DNA of 64,000 bases from Candidatus Marinacidobacterales bacterium (GCA_965197495.1 OZ240210.1:2126092-2190091), one strand, 5' to 3'; shown: positions 19,616 to 31,168, counted from the first letter of the stretch. Program-made: numbers and translations. The notes: generated by a model not told the origin, from the sequence alone.

Positions 19616-19643
19616 CATAGTGAAGAGTGAGCGAGCACTAGTA

Positions 19644-20276
19644 ATGCCCGAGATACGAAACGCCGCCATCCGCCGCTTTCTCGAGGGACAGCGCGAGCAC
19701 CAGATGGACTTTCTTGCCGAGCTCGTCAAGGTTCCCTCCGATAATCCGCCCGGGGACACCGCCCCGCACGGCCAGCGCGCAGCCCAATTGCTGGAAGGCC
19801 TCGGCCTCGAAGTCGAGCGCCACCCGATTTCCGAGCGGGAGTGCCGCGCCAACGGGATGATCAGCGCCACCAATCTGGTGGTCCGGCGCCGGTTCGGCGA
19901 CGGCCCGACGGTCGCCCTCAACGCCCACGGCGACGTCGTCGCGCCGGGTGAGGGTTGGACGACCGATCCCTACGGCGCCGAAGTCCGTGACGGCATCATG
20001 TACGGGCGCGGAGTGGCCGTCTCCAAATCCGACTTCGCGACCTATACGTTTGCGCTGCTTGCCCTCGAAGCGGCGGAGGCGCTCGCGTCGGGCACGGTCG
20101 AACTCCACTTCACTCACGACGAGGAGGCCGGCGGCGCGATCGGGCCCAAGCGGCTCCTCGACAAGGGGCTGTCGAAGCCCGATTTCGCGCTCTCCGCCGG
20201 GTTCTCGTATTCGGCGGTCTCGCGAGAGGCCCATGGCTCAGGAAAGAGGACCTCCGCCCTGGGGACTCCTATTTAG
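19644..20276 (+). pseudogene. M20-family metallopeptidase (ArgE/DapE/ACY1-like), N-terminal about 210 aa only
   Basis: The protein begins MPEIRNAAIRRFLEGQREHQMDFLAELVKVPSDNPPGD and contains AHGDVV..GEGWTTDPYGAEVRDGIMYGRG. Typical M20 enzymes are about 400 aa. This ORF stops where the convergent sortilin gene ends (20269). Confidence 0.55.
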
Positions 20277-23200
20277 TGCCGTGGGGCCCCACCCCCACGG
20301 CTGGCCCTCCGCCGACGTCGCGGCTGCGGGCCGGTTGAGGACTCCCGTTACTCGAGTCCGTCGGTGCGGCTCCCAGGATTCCGTCGAGCTTTTCCACTTG
20401 CTCCCGAAGTGCGTCTTCCAGTTGCTCGTAACGCTCGTAGGCGTCTCGGCCGGGCCGCTGGTCGGTGCGCCTCAGGTTCTGATAGAGGTAATCGAGCTGG
20501 TCCAGGATCATGGGCTCGGCCTTCCACACGCTTCCAGCTTTGGGCAGCGCGGGGATCAGCGCCTTTTTGATCTCGAGGAGAGTCTCGTCGTCGGGCCGTT
20601 CTTCGAGCGCCTTGTCGAGTCGGGTTGCCGCCCGGCGCGCGCTGCTGAGGGCATCACGCGCTTTGAGAACCAGCTCGACCTGAGCGGTGACGTCCGCCTC
20701 GGTGATCGTGCCTTCCTTGATGATTCGAGGATCCATCCTTGTTTCGAACGAGACGGTTTGCGTCCAACCTCCCACCGTGAGTCGCGCCTGGTGGGTTCCC
20801 GGCGCCGCCATGGGTCCGTCTCGGCCGGATCGTTTCTCATCGGAATCCCACGGACCGGCATGCAGAAGGTCCCAAAGGAAGCGATGCATCCCGGCGCTTT
20901 TCTCGAGCGCCGGACGCTCGAGCTCAGACTCGCGCATGCTGGCCTGCTCGGGTACTACGTTCTGCTCGCCTGACGCCTCGCTCGAGTAGGCACGGATGAC
21001 GTTCCCCTGCCCATCGAGAATCTCGAGCTCGATCTCTCCCGCCGGCTCGGTGGCCAAGTAGTAGTCGATGTTGGCCCCGGGGAGTGGGTACTGAGGCTCG
21101 CTGGGTTCAGGAGTGCGGCTGAATCGGCGAGGGTAGAAAAGACGATAGGTATCCTTGACCTCGAAGAGATGGCGCTCCGCCGACGCCACTTTTTCGGCGA
21201 TCTCGTGAAGCGGAGTCACGTCGTACAAGATCCAGAAACCCCTGCCCATCGTGGACAGCACCAGATCCTGGTTTACCACCTTGATGTCGGTCACCGGTGT
21301 GACGGGCAAGTCGAGCTGAAACGACTGCCAGTGTGCCCCGTCATCGAATGAGAGGAACATCCCGAACTCGGTTCCCGCGTAGAGCAGCCCCTCTCGCTCC
21401 GGATCCTCCCGGACCACCCGGACCGGGTAGTCGTTGGGAATGCCGTTCTCCCCGGTTGTGATCCGCGTCCAGCTCTCCCCGTAATCCTCGGTTTTGTAGA
21501 CGTGGGGGGTGAAGTCGTCGAGCATGTACCTCAGGATGGAGATGTATGCCTTGGATGGCTTGTGGGGGGACACCTCGATTTGCTGAACTCGGCCATAGGG
21601 CCCGAGCCCGGGAGGGGTCACGTCCTTCCAGTTCTTCCCGTTGTCCCGGGTGATGTGGATGGGCCCGTCATTGGCTCCTACCCAGAGGACCCCCCGCTCA
21701 TGTGGCGACTCCTGGATGTCGTAGATGGTGCTGAAGTGCTCCTCCCCGGTTGCATCAATGGTGATCGGTGTGCCGGAGAGCACCTGGGTTTCCGTCGTGA
21801 AGGCGGTGAGGTCCGGGGAGATGGTCTGCCAGGACCGGCCGGCGTCCTCGGTCACGTGCACGTAATGCGAAGTATGGTAGACGCGATTCGGATCGTGCGG
21901 AGAGACGTGGACGGGCGACACCCTCTGGAAGCGGAATCGGAGGTCTTTCGGGTTGAAACCGTTGATGTTCCAAAAACCCACATAGTAATGTTGCTCCTGG
22001 CCCGTACGCCGGTTGTGGAGGCTGAAACGGCCCTTGCATTCGGCGTAGACCATGTCGGGATCACCGGGCTTGGGAACCACCGGTCCGGTCTCGCAGCCGC
22101 CGTGGGTTTCCCACAGCGCCGTGTGCCCGCCGGGCATGCTCCGCGGCGGAAGGCTCGGAACGGAGATGGTCGTGTTGTCTTGCTGGCCCGCGTACATCCG
22201 ATAAGGGAAGTCGTCGCTCACGTCCACCTGATAGAGCTCGGCGGTCGACTGGTTGTGCATACTGGACCAGGTCTTGCCGCCATCGAGGGTGACGACGGCC
22301 CCTCCGTCGTTCGCTTGGATGAAGATGTGCGGGTTGTCGGGGTTGATCCACATGTCATGGTTGTCACCGTGGGGTATGGTCTGGCGATTCCAAGTCTTGC
22401 CGCCGTCTTCGGATTTATAGTACCCCTCGGCCATCCCCCAGAGCGTGTCCGGATCCTTAGGATGAGCCTCGAGGTTGCAGAAGTAGAAGGGGCGGTAGAG
22501 GATCTCTTTGAAGTCCGACACTTGAGACCAGCTCCCGCCGCGATCGTCGGAGCGGTAAACGCCGCCCTCTTCGCCGGGCGCTTCGATCAACACATAAACC
22601 CTATCGGCGTCGGCCGCCGAGACGGCTAGATCCGCTTTTCCTCGGAGGCCGTTCGGGAGCCCGTTCGTCAACTGCGACCAGCGATCCCCTCCGTCAGTGG
22701 ATTTATAGACCCCTCCCTCGTCGCCGCCGCTGATGATGGTCCAGGGCTTGCGCTCCGCGCGCCACATCGTGGCGTAGATCTCATCCGGATTGTCCGGGGC
22801 GAACTCGAGGTCGACGGCGCCCGTTTTCTCCGATACGAAGAGCACCTTCTCCCAGGACTCTCCTCCGTCCTTCGAACGGTAGACCCCACGCTCGGGGTTC
22901 GCGCCGAACGGGTTTCCGATGGCGGCCAGGTAGACGAGATCCGGATTACGCGGATGGATGAGGAGCGCTCCACTATTGCCGGTCTTCTCGAGGCCGATGT
23001 GCGTCCAGGTCTTCCCGGCGTCGGTGGACTTGTAAACGCCCTTTCCGATGATCACGTTGCTTCGGATTCCGTCCGAGCCGGTGGCGACGTAGACGATATT
23101 GGGATCCGACTCGGCGACCCGGATGGCGCCAATCGAGCCGGTGGCAAAGTAGCCATCGGAGATGGGGTGCCAGGTGTGGCCGTAATCGGTGGTCTTCCAG

Positions 23201-23433
23201 ACGCCACCTCCGCTCGCTCCCATGTAGAACGTCGACGGCTCGTCCCGGTGGCCGGCAACCGCGGTCACTCGGCCTCCCCGGGACGGCCCCACCGTCCGAT
23301 AGGACAGACCAGAGAAAAGTGCCGGGGCGTAGATCTCGTTGCCGGACGCGGGAACAGTTTCGCCGACGAGCATCGGGACCTGAACGATTGCCAGCAGGGC
23401 GACGGCGGCCACAACCCACTTCATCTGCATGGT
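20269..23433 (-). CDS. Secreted sortilin/VPS10-like BNR (Asp-box) repeat protein
   Basis: A signal peptide is present (MQMKWVVAAVALLAIVQVP). There are many S-x-D-x-G-x-T-W Asp-box repeats (TTDYGHTWHPI, SKDGGESWEKV, STDGGDRWSQL, SDDRGGSWSQV, SEDGGKTWNRQ, ...). The gene is about 1055 aa. Confidence 0.8.
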   Translation of the reverse strand, partial: TMQMKWVVAAVALLAIVQVPMLVGETVPASGNEIYAPALFSGLSYRTVGPSRGGRVTAVAGHRDEPSTFYMGASGGGVWKTTDYGHTWHPISDGYFATGSIGAIRVAESDPNIVYVATGSDGIRSNVIIGKGVYKSTDAGKTWTHIGLEKTGNSGALLIHPRNPDLVYLAAIGNPFGANPERGVYRSKDGGESWEKVLFVSEKTGAVDLEFAPDNPDEIYATMWRAERKPWTIISGGDEGGVYKSTDGGDRWSQLTNGLPNGLRGKADLAVSAADADRVYVLIEAPGEEGGVYRSDDRGGSWSQVSDFKEILYRPFYFCNLEAHPKDPDTLWGMAEGYYKSEDGGKTWNRQTIPHGDNHDMWINPDNPHIFIQANDGGAVVTLDGGKTWSSMHNQSTAELYQVDVSDDFPYRMYAGQQDNTTISVPSLPPRSMPGGHTALWETHGGCETGPVVPKPGDPDMVYAECKGRFSLHNRRTGQEQHYYVGFWNINGFNPKDLRFRFQRVSPVHVSPHDPNRVYHTSHYVHVTEDAGRSWQTISPDLTAFTTETQVLSGTPITIDATGEEHFSTIYDIQESPHERGVLWVGANDGPIHITRDNGKNWKDVTPPGLGPYGRVQQIEVSPHKPSKAYISILRYMLDDFTPHVYKTEDYGESWTRITTGENGIPNDYPVRVVREDPEREGLLYAGTEFGMFLSFDDGAHWQSFQLDLPVTPVTDIKVVNQDLVLSTMGRGFWILYDVTPLHEIAEKVASAERHLFEVKDTYRLFYPRRFSRTPEPSEPQYPLPGANIDYYLATEPAGEIELEILDGQGNVIRAYSSEASGEQNVVPEQASMRESELERPALEKSAGMHRFLWDLLHAGPWDSDEKRSGRDGPMAAPGTHQARLTVGGWTQTVSFETRMDPRIIKEGTITEADVTAQVELVLKARDALSSARRAATRLDKALEERPDDETLLEIKKALIPALPKAGSVWKAEPMILDQLDYLYQNLRRTDQRPGRDAYERYEQLEDALREQVEKLDGILGAAPTDSSNGSPQPARSRDVGGGPAVGVGPHGTK

Positions 23434-23658
23434 TCCATGCCTCCTCGAGCAGTTTCGCGTGATGCTAGATGCCAAGAGTTGGAAAGTCAAGGGATAGACG
23501 CGATGCTCAGCTCACCACTGCCCCGCCGGCGTGCTCCGCTGCTACCCATCGTAAACCGCAGTTCACCTTGCCGTGGACTCGCCGTTCCGGTTTCGTGCTG
23601 CTTCCCGCGTTTCGTCCCGCAGAGCTTCTAGCGCCGACCGGTCCAGGATCCGGCCGCG

Positions 23659-24914
23659 TCAAACGACCGCTGCAATCTGCATCGTGTTGCCAATGTCCTC
23701 GAGGGGATTGGCATCGAGGAGCACCAGGTCCGCCAACTTTCCCGCCTCCACGGTGCCCAGGTCCGACAAGCCCAGGTGCTCGGCCGGATTGCGCGTGGCG
23801 GTTTGAAGCGCCTCGAGGGGCGTAAGGCCCGCTTCCACCATTTGCCCGACGAGCTCGCGTTGCTTTTCTAAGACCCTTTGTTGTAATTCGAGTGCTCCGG
23901 GGCGAGACTGCGCGCCCAAAGAGGTGGCCTCCCGGTAACCGGCGGGAAGGTAGTCGAGGCGCTCGCTGGCCGTTACCCGCGCGTCTCCCCCCCGTGCTCG
24001 GAGCCGCGTCCAAGCGCTTGCAAGCGTGGGCACGTGCCACGTTTCGTTCGCGACAAATCGGTCGATGAGCGAGCTGGCCTTCTCTTCGTTGTAGGTCTCG
24101 AGGAGCGTGGATCCTTCCGGCCTCGAGCCGCTGTCGAGCCACCGCTCGCGCAGCGATTCCTCCTCCCGTGAGCAGCCCAGCAGCACGCCGCTCAGGTGCT
24201 CGATGGTGCGCTGGCCCGCGTCGGAAGCTTCGGCGGCACTCACCGCTCCGGGGACATGTCCCCCAAAAGGAAGTCCCTGCAGTTTCGCCTCGTCCAGGAT
24301 GGCAAAGAACGCATCCCGACTCAGCAGGCTGGACACTTTGACGAGATCCGCCCCCTCGTCTTTCAAACGCCTCACGAGCTCCCGGCCCTCCTCGGGCCCT
24401 TCCACGATGGCGGCATGAGACCATGGAGAGCCCGGGCCGGCCAGGAGCCGTCCCGCGGTCACGATGCGAGGCACCGGGGCATCTTGCTCATCGACATCCC
24501 TTCTCGCTCTCTTGAGCTTTTCAAACTGCTCCCAGGGCCCCCCATGTCCCGCACCCCCGTGATCCCGTTGGCCAGGAAGAGACCGAAGAAGTCGATCCCT
24601 TGATAGCGCGTGTGGACATGCATGTCCCAGAGGCCGGGGATCAAGAACTTTCCGGTTGCGTCCACCACCGTTGCGTTCTCGGGGACGCTCACCTCGCGGC
24701 TTCGAGCTACCGACTGGATTTTCTCCCCGACGACCACCACCGTGCGGTCCTCGGCCGGTGGCGCCCCCGTCGCATCGATGACGGTGACATGCGTGAAGAC
24801 GAGGGGTCGCTCCTCGGGTTGCCCGGCTCGGTGCCCGTCTGACGCGGCGCATCCCAACAAGCTGGCAACAGACAGCGTCATCCACAAGCAGGGTGCCGAA
24901 AAATTCGGGTGCAC
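23659..24914 (-). CDS. Secreted amidohydrolase-superfamily protein with one frameshift at about 24530
   Basis: The N part (track ORF 24459..24914) has a signal peptide and ...LIPGLWDMHVHTRY.... The C part (second frame, within the 23659..25158 ORF) has ...GAGHGGPWEQFEKLK...HVPTLASAWT...GKLADLVLLDANPLEDI. Only the first about 220 residues of the 499-aa 23659..25158 ORF are out-of-frame read-through. The shift falls in a G/C homopolymer run (atggggggccctggg). Confidence 0.7.
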
Positions 24915-25057
24915 CCTGCTGCGAGCGGAGCGAGCCCGGCCCGAATGGGCCGCCGACGGGAGCGCCGAGCGAGCGAGGTGCCAAGCGCGCGAACGAGGAG
25001 TGAGCGAGCAATAGAGAGATTAAGTCATTCCGTACTTCCTTCATGGCATCACACAGG

Positions 25058-26516
25058 TCAGCGGACGAGCTCCGTCGTGGGAAACTGCGCGTACCAGCCG
25101 AACCAAAAGGCCCGTCGAGCCGGCACGCGCGGCAGCGGCGCGAGCGAGGCGTCTTCACTCCGCAGAGCGTCTTCAGTCAGGTTCCAACGCCTGCCTTCGG
25201 TATCCTGGAGCAGGCCGTCCTTCCTCTGCTTGACGAAGCGTCGCTGGGAGGCGTCGTAGACCCGGTTTGCACCCTTTTGGCTCGTGACGACGACGAGATC
25301 GTAGCCGGCGAAGGAAACGTGATGGATGCGGTTTTTCTTTAGGAATTTCCCCGAGAGAGCGAGAGCTTTCCGCTCGGCGTCGGGGGCCGCTCCTTTCGGG
25401 CGGAGCAAAAGAGTGAGCACTTCGTCTTTGTTCTTGAGACGCTTGTCCCTCTTCGGGACCCCGAACATCAGTCGGTCGGTCCGGAAATAATCCCGGTACG
25501 CCGCGCCTTCGGAGTAGTCGCTTTCGACGCCGGTGTCGATGGATAGCACCACGGTGTCGGGATGGAGGGTGCGCCACTCCTTCCAGGTCGTCGTCACGAC
25601 CGGACGGAACTTGAGCTCCAGGTCCTGGCCCGCCAACTTGCCAATCACCGGCCGGCCTTCGAGCGTCGACCAGAGACTCATCGATTCCTCATCGAACATG
25701 AGCTTGTTCGAGCGATAAAGGAGTCCGCTGGTTCCGAAAGTGCGGTGCTCCCCTGAGACCTCGACCTCGTAAGGGATCACGGTTCGTGCAGTAGACGATG
25801 GCGAACTCGACCCCGCCGACCCGGTCGCGAGCGAGCTCGTGAACTGCCAGAATTCGCTTGGGATAAGCTCGCACGTCCCCATGGAGGGCGATTCCGAAAA
25901 CGATGTTGCCGTCGTCGAGGTAGCTGGCTTCTGAAGCGGGGACATGCTCGGGGTGATCGAGAGGAGGAATGCCGTTCACTTTGACCCCGCCCCATTCCAC
26001 CTCGTCGAGACGGATCAGGGTCGGCCCTCCGGGCTGAAAGAACTCGGTCATCCGCTTGTCGGTTAGTCGATAGAGCATCGACTTGAAGTATAAGTAGTCG
26101 GGATGAGGCTCGTAGGGGCGATTCCACATCCAATTTCGCCAATCGAAGAAATCTTCACCGAAGGCCTCACCTGTTTGTTTCTCGAGAAAGCGCAGTAGTC
26201 TCGCTCGTGCCCTATCCGTCGGGGAGAGAGGTTGTCGTCCGGAGCTCGGTAGGAAACGAACGATATCGATGAGCATGCTCGCATATCCGTCTTTCCATGC
26301 TTCCGCGATCTTCGCCAGCGCTGCCTCCGCTTCTTCTTTTTCGCGACTCGCCGCCTGGAAGAAGAGCTCTACATCCGGCAGTTGCTGGGCCACCAAAGAT
26401 GGCGCGGAGGATGAAGAGACGAGCACGACAACCACCGCACACAACGACTGCGCGGCAGTGGGTACCGCTCTCATCGCGCACTGGGCGGCAGCCCAATGGG
26501 CCGACCGGGCGTCCAT
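25058..26516 (-). CDS. DUF3179-family secreted protein with one frameshift at about 25810
   Basis: The N part (25689..26516) reads ...VNGIPPLDHPEHVPASEASYLDDGNIVFGIALHGDVRAYPKRILAVHE...AIVYC. The C part (25058..25945, another frame) reads ...RTVIPYEVEVSGEHRTFGTSGLLYRSNKLMFDEESMSLWS.... Together they match the DUF3179 pattern (YCPLC...G..R.F..SGLLY.SN..M.D.ET.SLWSQ). Confidence 0.6.
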
Positions 26517-29500
26517 GACACACCGTGTTGGGTGAGCTGGTCGTTGAGCGCCGGCAGAGCTTCGCTGACTAGACGGTTCAGCTTGGCCACTTGCTCATTC
26601 AGCTTCTCACGGGATTCGAGGATGAGGCGACGCTGGTCGGCGGTGGGCACCGCGGTCGCTGCCTCCACGGAAGAGTAGAGCCGTGTGACCTGACTCGCGA
26701 TGGGCATCTGTCTCCGTTGCTCGGCCCCGCCTCGTGTCTCTCCCCCGCTCATTTGGCCGAGAATCTCGTCCGCCTCGGCCAGTAACGTCCGAGCGGTGTG
26801 CCGGAGCGATTCCGGAACGTCGGGATGCCGTTCGAGGCTGTCCTGCACATCCGTCAGTCTGTCTTTGACTTCGCCTGCGGTCGAGACAACCGCTCGCACC
26901 GTCGCTTCCATCTGAGTCAGCGTCAGCAAGGTATCGTGCCAGCGGCGCCGGTCTTCCAAAGAAATATCAATGAGGGGGTCACCCATGACCTTTACTAACT
27001 GGACGTGCGTCGCTTCGCCGACGCTCAGACGCGCCTGATAGTTTCCGGGAAGGACGAAAGGCCCTCGTGGTCGCCCGCGAGAAAACGAGGGCTCGTCCTC
27101 GCTCGTGTCAAAGGGCAAGGGATGACGAAGGTCCCACACCAGCCGCTGGATGCCGGCGCCTTTCTCGCCCTGCAATGGCAGGAGTTTCCGCACCACGCGA
27201 TCCTTCGTCGCGTTGAGGATATCGAGCTGCACCCTGGGCGCCTCTTCCGAACTCATGACGTCGGGATTGATGTAGTACGTGATGATCGCTCCGTCCGGTG
27301 GGTTTGGTGCAGCGAAGAAACGGTGGCCCTCGGAGCCCCAGTGGCGATCGTAGCGGTGCAACTCGGTGGCCGGCCGAATGCGAGCGAGATGACTGCTACC
27401 ACCGAGCACCTCGGGAGTCATCTCCTCGAGTATCGCAAGGTCATCGAGAATCCACAGCCCGCGACCGTAGGTCGCCACCACGAGATCGTTCTTGCGCGGG
27501 TGAACGAGCAGGTCATGCACCAGCACGGTCGGCAGATTGTTCCGGAGGGGCACCCAGTGACCGCCCCCGGAAATGGACACGAACACGCCGAGCTCGGTGC
27601 CCACAAAAAGCAGGTTGGGGTTAGAAGGGTGCTCGAGGATGACGCGGAGGGTGCCCAGGTCCGGCAAATCGCCCGTGATCGGCTCCCAGTTTTTGCCGAG
27701 ATCGGTACTCTTGAGCACATGCGGACGAAAATCGTTGTCCCGGTGGCCGGCAAACGTTGCGTAGAGGGTCTCTTCGTCGTGAGCCGACAAAAGGACCCGG
27801 GTCACCCAGGTCTGCTCCGGCACTCCAGGGAACCGATCGAACTTCTCCCAGGTGCGCCCGTCGTCCCGAGTCACATGAACGAGACCGTCGTCGGTTCCCA
27901 CCGCGAGAAGTCCTCTCTCGAGAGGAGACTCGGAGAGAGAGGCGACGTTGCCAAGGTCAGCAGTGCCTTGGTGGTAAGCCACCGAGTTGCTCGGCCAAAC
28001 CTTGCCCATGATGGGCAACTCATAAGGGTCGAGGCGAAGGGTCAGATCGGGGCTTATCACCTCCCAGGAGTCACCCCGGTCCCGGCTGCGAAAAACGACG
28101 TTAGCCGCGAAGTAGAGGGTGTTGGAATCGTATCGGGAGATTCGGAGCGGTGAGCTCCAGTTCCAGCGATACGCCTCTCCATCAGGCGGCCGCGGCTGGA
28201 TGGAGCGGCGCTCTCCGGTCCGAGTGTCGAACCGGTACAGCACTCCATATTGCGACTCACAATAGACCACGGTTGGGTCCGTAGGGTCGACCTGGGTGTA
28301 GAAGCCGTCACCCCCTGCGGTTCGAGACCAGTCGGCGTTGGTGATGCCGGCGACGTGGCGGGTGCCGCTCGGCCCTCCAAACGTGCCGTTGTCCTGGAGC
28401 CCCCCGTAAATGTTGTAGAACGGCTCCTCCAAATCCACGCTGACGGCATAGAACTGAGACACCGGAATGTTGCTCTGGAAGTCCCAGGTGCGCCCGCGGT
28501 CATAGGAGAAATAAACTCCCCGTCGTTCCCAACAATGAGGTGGTTCGAATTGCCGGGATCGATCCAGAAGCCGCGCCAGTCCCCATGGGCACCGGGGCCG
28601 AAGACGTCGCGGCGGAAGCTCTTGCCGCCATCCTCGGAGAGAAAGAGCCTGACGTGGAGCAGGTAGATCCGCTCAGGGTTATTGGGATCGCAGCGGATCT
28701 GGCCGAAGTCAGAGCGCGTGGATACATCGTTGGTGCGGAGCTCCCAGCTTGCTCCGTAGTCCGACGAGCGGTAAACACCGCTTTCCGCGCCGACCGCCTC
28801 GACCGCCGCGTAGATGACGTTGGGCTTGGAGCGACAAATCGAGAGCGCGATCCGACCAATGTCACCCTGGGGGAGTCCGGCAGTTCGCTCCTGCCAGCTC
28901 TCGCCGCCATCGGAGGTCTTGAAGATGCCCGACTCCTCTCCACCGCCGACGAAGTTCCAGGCTCGTCGCTCCCTTTGATAAGCCGCGGCGTATAGGAGGT
29001 CGGGATTTTCGGGGTCCATCGCCACATCGACAACGCCGGTGTGCTTGCTGATGGAGAGCACCTGGGTCCAGCTCTTTCCTCCATCCGCCGTCTTGAACAG
29101 CCCGCGTCGATCATTGGGCCCCCACAAAGAGCCAAGGGCCGCCACGTAAACGGTCTCGGCGTCTTCCGGGTGGATGAGAATCCGACCGATGTAGCGCGTT
29201 TGCTCGAGCCCCATGTGCTGCCAGGTCTTGCCGCCGTCTTCGGACCGGTACACCCCATCACCGTAGGCCGACAGGCGCGCTCCCCAGGACTCACCCGTTC
29301 CCACCCAAACGACGTTCGGATTGGAGGGAGCCACCGCAATCGCCCCGAGGGCGCTGGTTCGTTCCCTGTCGAACACCGCCTCCCAGGTCGTGCCGTTGTT
29401 GGTCGTCTTCCAGGCTCCACCGGTCGCCGTCGCCGCGTAGATGATGTGGGTATTGCTCTCGACCACGGCGAAATCGTTCACGCGCCCGCTTGGAACGGCC

Positions 29501-29697
29501 GGGCCGATACCGCGCCACGTCAGGTTTTCGAGGATCGCAGAGTCCAAGACTTTGTTGGAACGCGGGCTCGAAAGCGCCTGGGCCTCGAGTGTGGCCACAA
29601 AGACTCCGCCGAAGAGAAGGGCGGCTACTCCAAGAATGGAAACGGGACCCACGTTTCGGTGGGCAAAAACCCTAGCTAAGCAACGTGATCTCATCAT
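26471..29697 (-). CDS. Second secreted sortilin/BNR-repeat protein, with one frameshift at about 28493
   Basis: The N part (28057..29697) has a signal peptide and Asp-box repeats up to ...HLIVGNDGEF. The C part (26471..28462) reads ...VSQFYAVSVDLEEPFYNIYGGLQDNGTFGG.... Restoring one G in the run aacgacggggag gives the in-frame ...NDGGVYFSYDRGRTWDFQSNIPVSQFY.... Confidence 0.75.
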
Positions 29698-29886
29698 GAC
29701 TCCTTTCTGCGCGGACTCTGCCGCCGCAATGCCCGGAAACGAGGCGCGTCCACCGCGGCCTTTGGATCCATGTCGAAGTCGGAAGGTTCACCAGCACTCG
29801 CGTAACCGGTCGGGCCGGAGAGCTTGGCCAGCCAGGGCACGCCGTCTTTCGAGATCCAAGATGGTCTGGCTCGGGAACCGAACGAC

Positions 29887-31047
29887 CTACTGTCGAGAAT
29901 TCAGGAACTGTTTCCATGAAGGCAACCGGTGAATGAACCTGTAAACCAACTGACTAATCAACTTCGTTTCGTTGGGCTCATAGTGTTCTTCAGATTTCTT
30001 GAATGCGGCCTCCAAAAGCGCTTGGCGGGGATTCAAGAACAAATTCCCATGTGTCTTTTGGTACTGCTGAAAAAAACGCTCGCCAGGGGTTCTCAAGCCT
30101 GGATCTACGAGCTCCGGACCGCTGGGAAGATATAGCATCAGAAACTCGGCGTCTTGCTTTCGTGCGATCTTTTCCATACGGGCGAACAAACCTTCGTTCA
30201 AGAAAAACCACGACGACGGTTCTTCATCAACGCCTTCTCTCGAGCGGCCGGCCGACCTCGACAAGTTAATGAGCTCTGATGTCGAACGATGGTGTCTTTG
30301 TCGAAGTTCCTGATAGACCTCCGCCGGACTTCCTATCGGTGTATTCGTGAGCTCGAGCTCACCGTTTTTGTCGAGAACGAAGCGCGGCTTCTTGTAGTCA
30401 CGGAAATCGAGAAGCGATCGGTTGAGATCGTCGCCGATAAAGGCGGCAATAATCAACTTTGGGGCAAACTCTTCCGTGGCCTCGGACAGCGTGAGATACA
30501 TCTGATCAATGCCGTACCCGGTGACGCCCATATTCATGACATTAAGCCTCTCGTCCAGCTGTTGGAGAAGATGAGGCCAAGTGTCCGAGTCGTCAACTTC
30601 ATCACCAAAAGTGAATGAATCACCGACAATGATCACCTGATACGTTTCAGGATCATTCCCGAACTCATAGAGAGAGCGCCAACCATGGCTGTTGGTTGTG
30701 TATCGAAGGCCTGTCCCCGTCTTTATGTTCGGTTTTGGCGTCCATCCGCGGGTCGGGTGCGACCGGTGCAGTCCTTTGTTGTATCGAAACACCAATTCGC
30801 TGACACCCTTTTCGTAATTTTCGAGGAAACGTCGTTCCCACCAGGAAAGGCGAGGTGGAGCCTCTAGTCGGCGAATGAGTGGCACGAGTAATGTTCCTTC
30901 GAATCTGTGCTCGTGGGATTTGATGGTTCGAAGGAAGACCTCAGTAACCAGCAGCATTGTCGCTGCGATCAACGCCATGAGGAGAAGGCCAAAATACCTT
31001 CGCTTGGCAACTGAAATATTCGGAATTGAAGCTTCCTCGGGGGGCAC
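29887..31047 (-). CDS. Membrane-anchored SGNH/GDSL-family hydrolase (paralog 1), encoded in a low-GC block
   Basis: There is an N-terminal TM segment (YFGLLLMALIAATMLLVTEVFL). Block I reads YQVIIVGDSFTFGDEV. By eye the GC of 29930-31050 is roughly 40-48%, against about 65% for the flanks. Confidence 0.7.
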   Translation of the reverse strand: MPPEEASIPNISVAKRRYFGLLLMALIAATMLLVTEVFLRTIKSHEHRFEGTLLVPLIRRLEAPPRLSWWERRFLENYEKGVSELVFRYNKGLHRSHPTRGWTPKPNIKTGTGLRYTTNSHGWRSLYEFGNDPETYQVIIVGDSFTFGDEVDDSDTWPHLLQQLDERLNVMNMGVTGYGIDQMYLTLSEATEEFAPKLIIAAFIGDDLNRSLLDFRDYKKPRFVLDKNGELELTNTPIGSPAEVYQELRQRHHRSTSELINLSRSAGRSREGVDEEPSSWFFLNEGLFARMEKIARKQDAEFLMLYLPSGPELVDPGLRTPGERFFQQYQKTHGNLFLNPRQALLEAAFKKSEEHYEPNETKLISQLVYRFIHRLPSWKQFLNSRQ

Positions 31048-31107
31048 GTAAACAAGCCTCTCACACTTCGATGTCTCGTTTCGCGATCGCTATCCCTATC
31101 GAAATCA

Positions 31108-31132
31108 AACTCTAACAGAGTACGTTAGAGTT
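31108..31132. promoter_or_regulatory. Perfect 9-bp-arm palindrome AACTCTAAC-agagtac-GTTAGAGTT in a divergent promoter region
   Basis: This is a direct reading. It lies between the divergently transcribed SGNH gene (start 31047) and the amidohydrolase gene (start 31409). Confidence 0.3.
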
Positions 31133-31168
31133 CAGCAATCTCCAGAGGCTATGAGGTCGGCGACCACG

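Noticed and set aside
19638-20234. 198-aa minus-strand ORF
   Set aside because: It is antisense to the M20 peptidase fragment and has no recognisable motifs.
23659-25158. 499-aa ORF taken at face value
   Set aside because: Only its C-terminal about 280 residues are amidohydrolase-like. The N-terminal part is out-of-frame read-through. The true N-terminus, with a signal peptide, is the separate 24459..24914 ORF. I treat it as one gene with a frameshift.
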